The position numbers and the translations under genes were made by a program. Of a stretch of 64,000 nucleotides of DNA, positions 62,484-64,000 are shown in pieces. Under the pieces are notes generated by a model. It made no database searches. It was given only the letters and a program-made list of their open reading frames with translations, and was not told where the DNA came from. The first letter of the stretch is position 1, and each line of letters opens with the position of its first letter. The stretch comes from Akkermansiaceae bacterium. GTDB taxonomy: Bacteria; Verrucomicrobiota; Verrucomicrobiia; Verrucomicrobiales; Akkermansiaceae. The stretch is taken from the NCBI GenBank assembly GCA_039769075.1, contig JBDMZE010000012.1, positions 171 through 64,170 on the forward strand, in the 5' to 3' direction.

Positions 62484-64000
62484 TTACTCGGAAGGAGCCT
62501 GATGGACCGTGATCTGGGTGAAGGGGATGCCCCAGTCTTGTTCATTGCAGACATCGACACAGACGCGCTGGATGATGCGGTGGAGTTGGGAATATTTCGA
62601 CGCGGCTTCTCCGGTGAAGTCGGCGAGGACTTCATAGTCGAGCGAGGAAGCACCCGCGGACTTGAACTGGACCGAGACATTTTTTACTAAATTATCCCCC
62701 AGCATTTCAATAAGTTCCTGATTGAGGCGGGTTTCAAAGATAAGAGGCACCTCGGAGGTAGAAATTCCCTGATGTTGATAATCGATTCCAAAGATCGAAT
62801 TGATCCGAAAATTCCGGGAAAGGTTGGTCGGTGCCATGTCCAGAAACGATCCAGTGGGATAGAACTTCCGAGCGCCTCCGAGACGGATAATTTCGACAAA
62901 CTCGGGAGTTTGTTCGATGACACGTCCGAAGGTTTCATCAGAAAGCACGACCCATTCGCCATTTGTGCAGGGGAACCAATCTTCGGATTCTGAGACGCGT
63001 GAACGGAGTTCAAGGAGGTCTTTAATCGGTAGGCGACGCACTCCGCCTTTGAGTGCTGGATTTACCAGATCGGTGTAAACGTTGATGTTCTTTACCTCCC
63101 AAGGGAGACCCTCATAGATGACGCGCTCGCCTTCGCGAACTGCTCCGAGGTTGAGCATCAGCTTTACCTGCTCGATCACCTTGGGAAAAGCTTCCTTGCT
63201 GACCCACAAGGTGCCCACCGCAAAAAGTAGGGCCAGTGTCAAGAGCAGCCAGTCGTTCGCAAGATAGAGAACGAGAATCGCCCCGAGAAGCGCAAGAATA
63301 AAGCCAGAGATCAGAAAGATGAGATCGACAATCCGGGTCGAAAGGCTGCGGCCTTTCGCTCGATGAAGCGGGCTGATTTTTTGAAGCAGACGGCAGCCCT
63401 TTTTTGTCACGAAAAGGATCACTCCGAAGACGAGGAGAGCGATCAGGAGGTGAAGGCCCCGGCTCCTGAAGAAGGATTCCACCATGTTCGAGAGAGATTC
63501 GACAATAGGGACGCTGCGCTTCTGGAGATCATCCCGCTGGAATTCCAGAACCTCGAGGTTTAGCTCCGAGTCCTTCTCTTTTTCTTTCCACCGTTCTAAT
63601 CGTTCATCGATGACTGTAAGGACGGATTGGTTCTGCGAGGTCTTCTTGCGCTGTTCCAAGGCGGCGACGATGGTCGAATTTGTCTTCTGTCGCTCTCGGG
63701 CCTCCCTGATTTTCTTATTAAGAGTCTCCATGTCCCTAGGACCTGAAGTGGCATCTTTCAGCTCTTCCATCAGAGGGCGCATCAGTTCAGTGATTTCTCC
63801 AGAGAGGGAGAGGGGAACATCGAGTGTATCGTCGACGGCGGCTAGGTCCACATTTGCGGCGACCGAGATGAACTCAGTGCGCAGTTGGTCAAGGCGGGCC
63901 TGTTCGGCGGTGATATCCTCGTTTTTGGCGGCCCGCTCATCTTCATTTTTGAGTTTGGCGAGGTCCGTTTCGAGTTTGTCCAGCTTGCCCGTAGTTTTGG
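62484..64000 (-). CDS. MscS-family mechanosensitive channel with long coiled-coil N-terminus (5' end outside the window)
   Basis: TM helices, a beta-domain (GERVIYEGLPWEVKNINVY) and C-terminal ...SSLDYEVLADF...WGIPFTQITVHQ. My hand translation shows the frame stays open from 63851 to the window edge (…KLDKLETDLAKLKNEDERAAKNEDITAEQARLDQL…), so the gene is partial here. Confidence 0.7.
   Translation of the reverse strand, partial: KTTGKLDKLETDLAKLKNEDERAAKNEDITAEQARLDQLRTEFISVAANVDLAAVDDTLDVPLSLSGEITELMRPLMEELKDATSGPRDMETLNKKIREARERQKTNSTIVAALEQRKKTSQNQSVLTVIDERLERWKEKEKDSELNLEVLEFQRDDLQKRSVPIVESLSNMVESFFRSRGLHLLIALLVFGVILFVTKKGCRLLQKISPLHRAKGRSLSTRIVDLIFLISGFILALLGAILVLYLANDWLLLTLALLFAVGTLWVSKEAFPKVIEQVKLMLNLGAVREGERVIYEGLPWEVKNINVYTDLVNPALKGGVRRLPIKDLLELRSRVSESEDWFPCTNGEWVVLSDETFGRVIEQTPEFVEIIRLGGARKFYPTGSFLDMAPTNLSRNFRINSIFGIDYQHQGISTSEVPLIFETRLNQELIEMLGDNLVKNVSVQFKSAGASSLDYEVLADFTGEAASKYSQLHRIIQRVCVDVCNEQDWGIPFTQITVHQAPSE

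Overview
The window is 64 kb of bacterial chromosome with moderately high GC. The gene content points to the PVC superphylum, most likely a marine polysaccharide-degrading Verrucomicrobiota; this placement is inference only. The supporting content is a PEP-CTERM tail, a DUF1592/DUF1552 (PSD/HXXSHH) pair, an LTD-CotH gene, three Cys-type sulfatase-family or PhoD-type exoenzymes and Gfo/Idh/MocA plus TIM-barrel sugar operons.

Most of the window is housekeeping:
- fabI, typA, a DAHP synthase and purB
- hom and lysC, tRNA-Cys, pgi and apt
- xylAB with a PAS-AraC regulator
- the heme block ccsA-like, hemA, hemC, cobA/hemD
- selO, pqiABC and an MscS-family channel that runs off the right edge

I found no CRISPR array, transposase, integrase, reverse transcriptase, prophage or canonical multi-gene defence system.

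Observations worth a second look:
1. A GxxExxY (PD-(D/E)XK) gene sits on a 467-bp cassette bracketed by near-perfect inverted repeats of about 48 bp. The arms are built from AATC/GATT words phased about 10 bp apart. A related, gene-less inverted repeat lies at 16.1 kb.
2. An apparent operon encodes an exported DUF1592 (CxxCH) protein, a DUF1552 (Tat signal, HxxSHH) protein and a secreted ankyrin-repeat protein.
3. An apparent operon encodes a DEAD-box helicase, a GIY-YIG nuclease and Tpt1/KptA.
4. Two tandem paralogues encode membrane-anchored five-cysteine zinc-ribbon proteins. They sit in a visibly AT-richer gene-decay zone (7.6-10.4 kb) that also holds gene fragments and an ORF with two in-frame TAA codons.
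5. A Doc/AbrB-type toxin-antitoxin pair is wedged between hom and lysC.
6. A 1609-aa PhoD-like exoprotein and a 620-aa partner share a repeated N-terminal module. They are flanked by sulfatases.

All family assignments come from motif and sequence recognition by eye. No database search was run.
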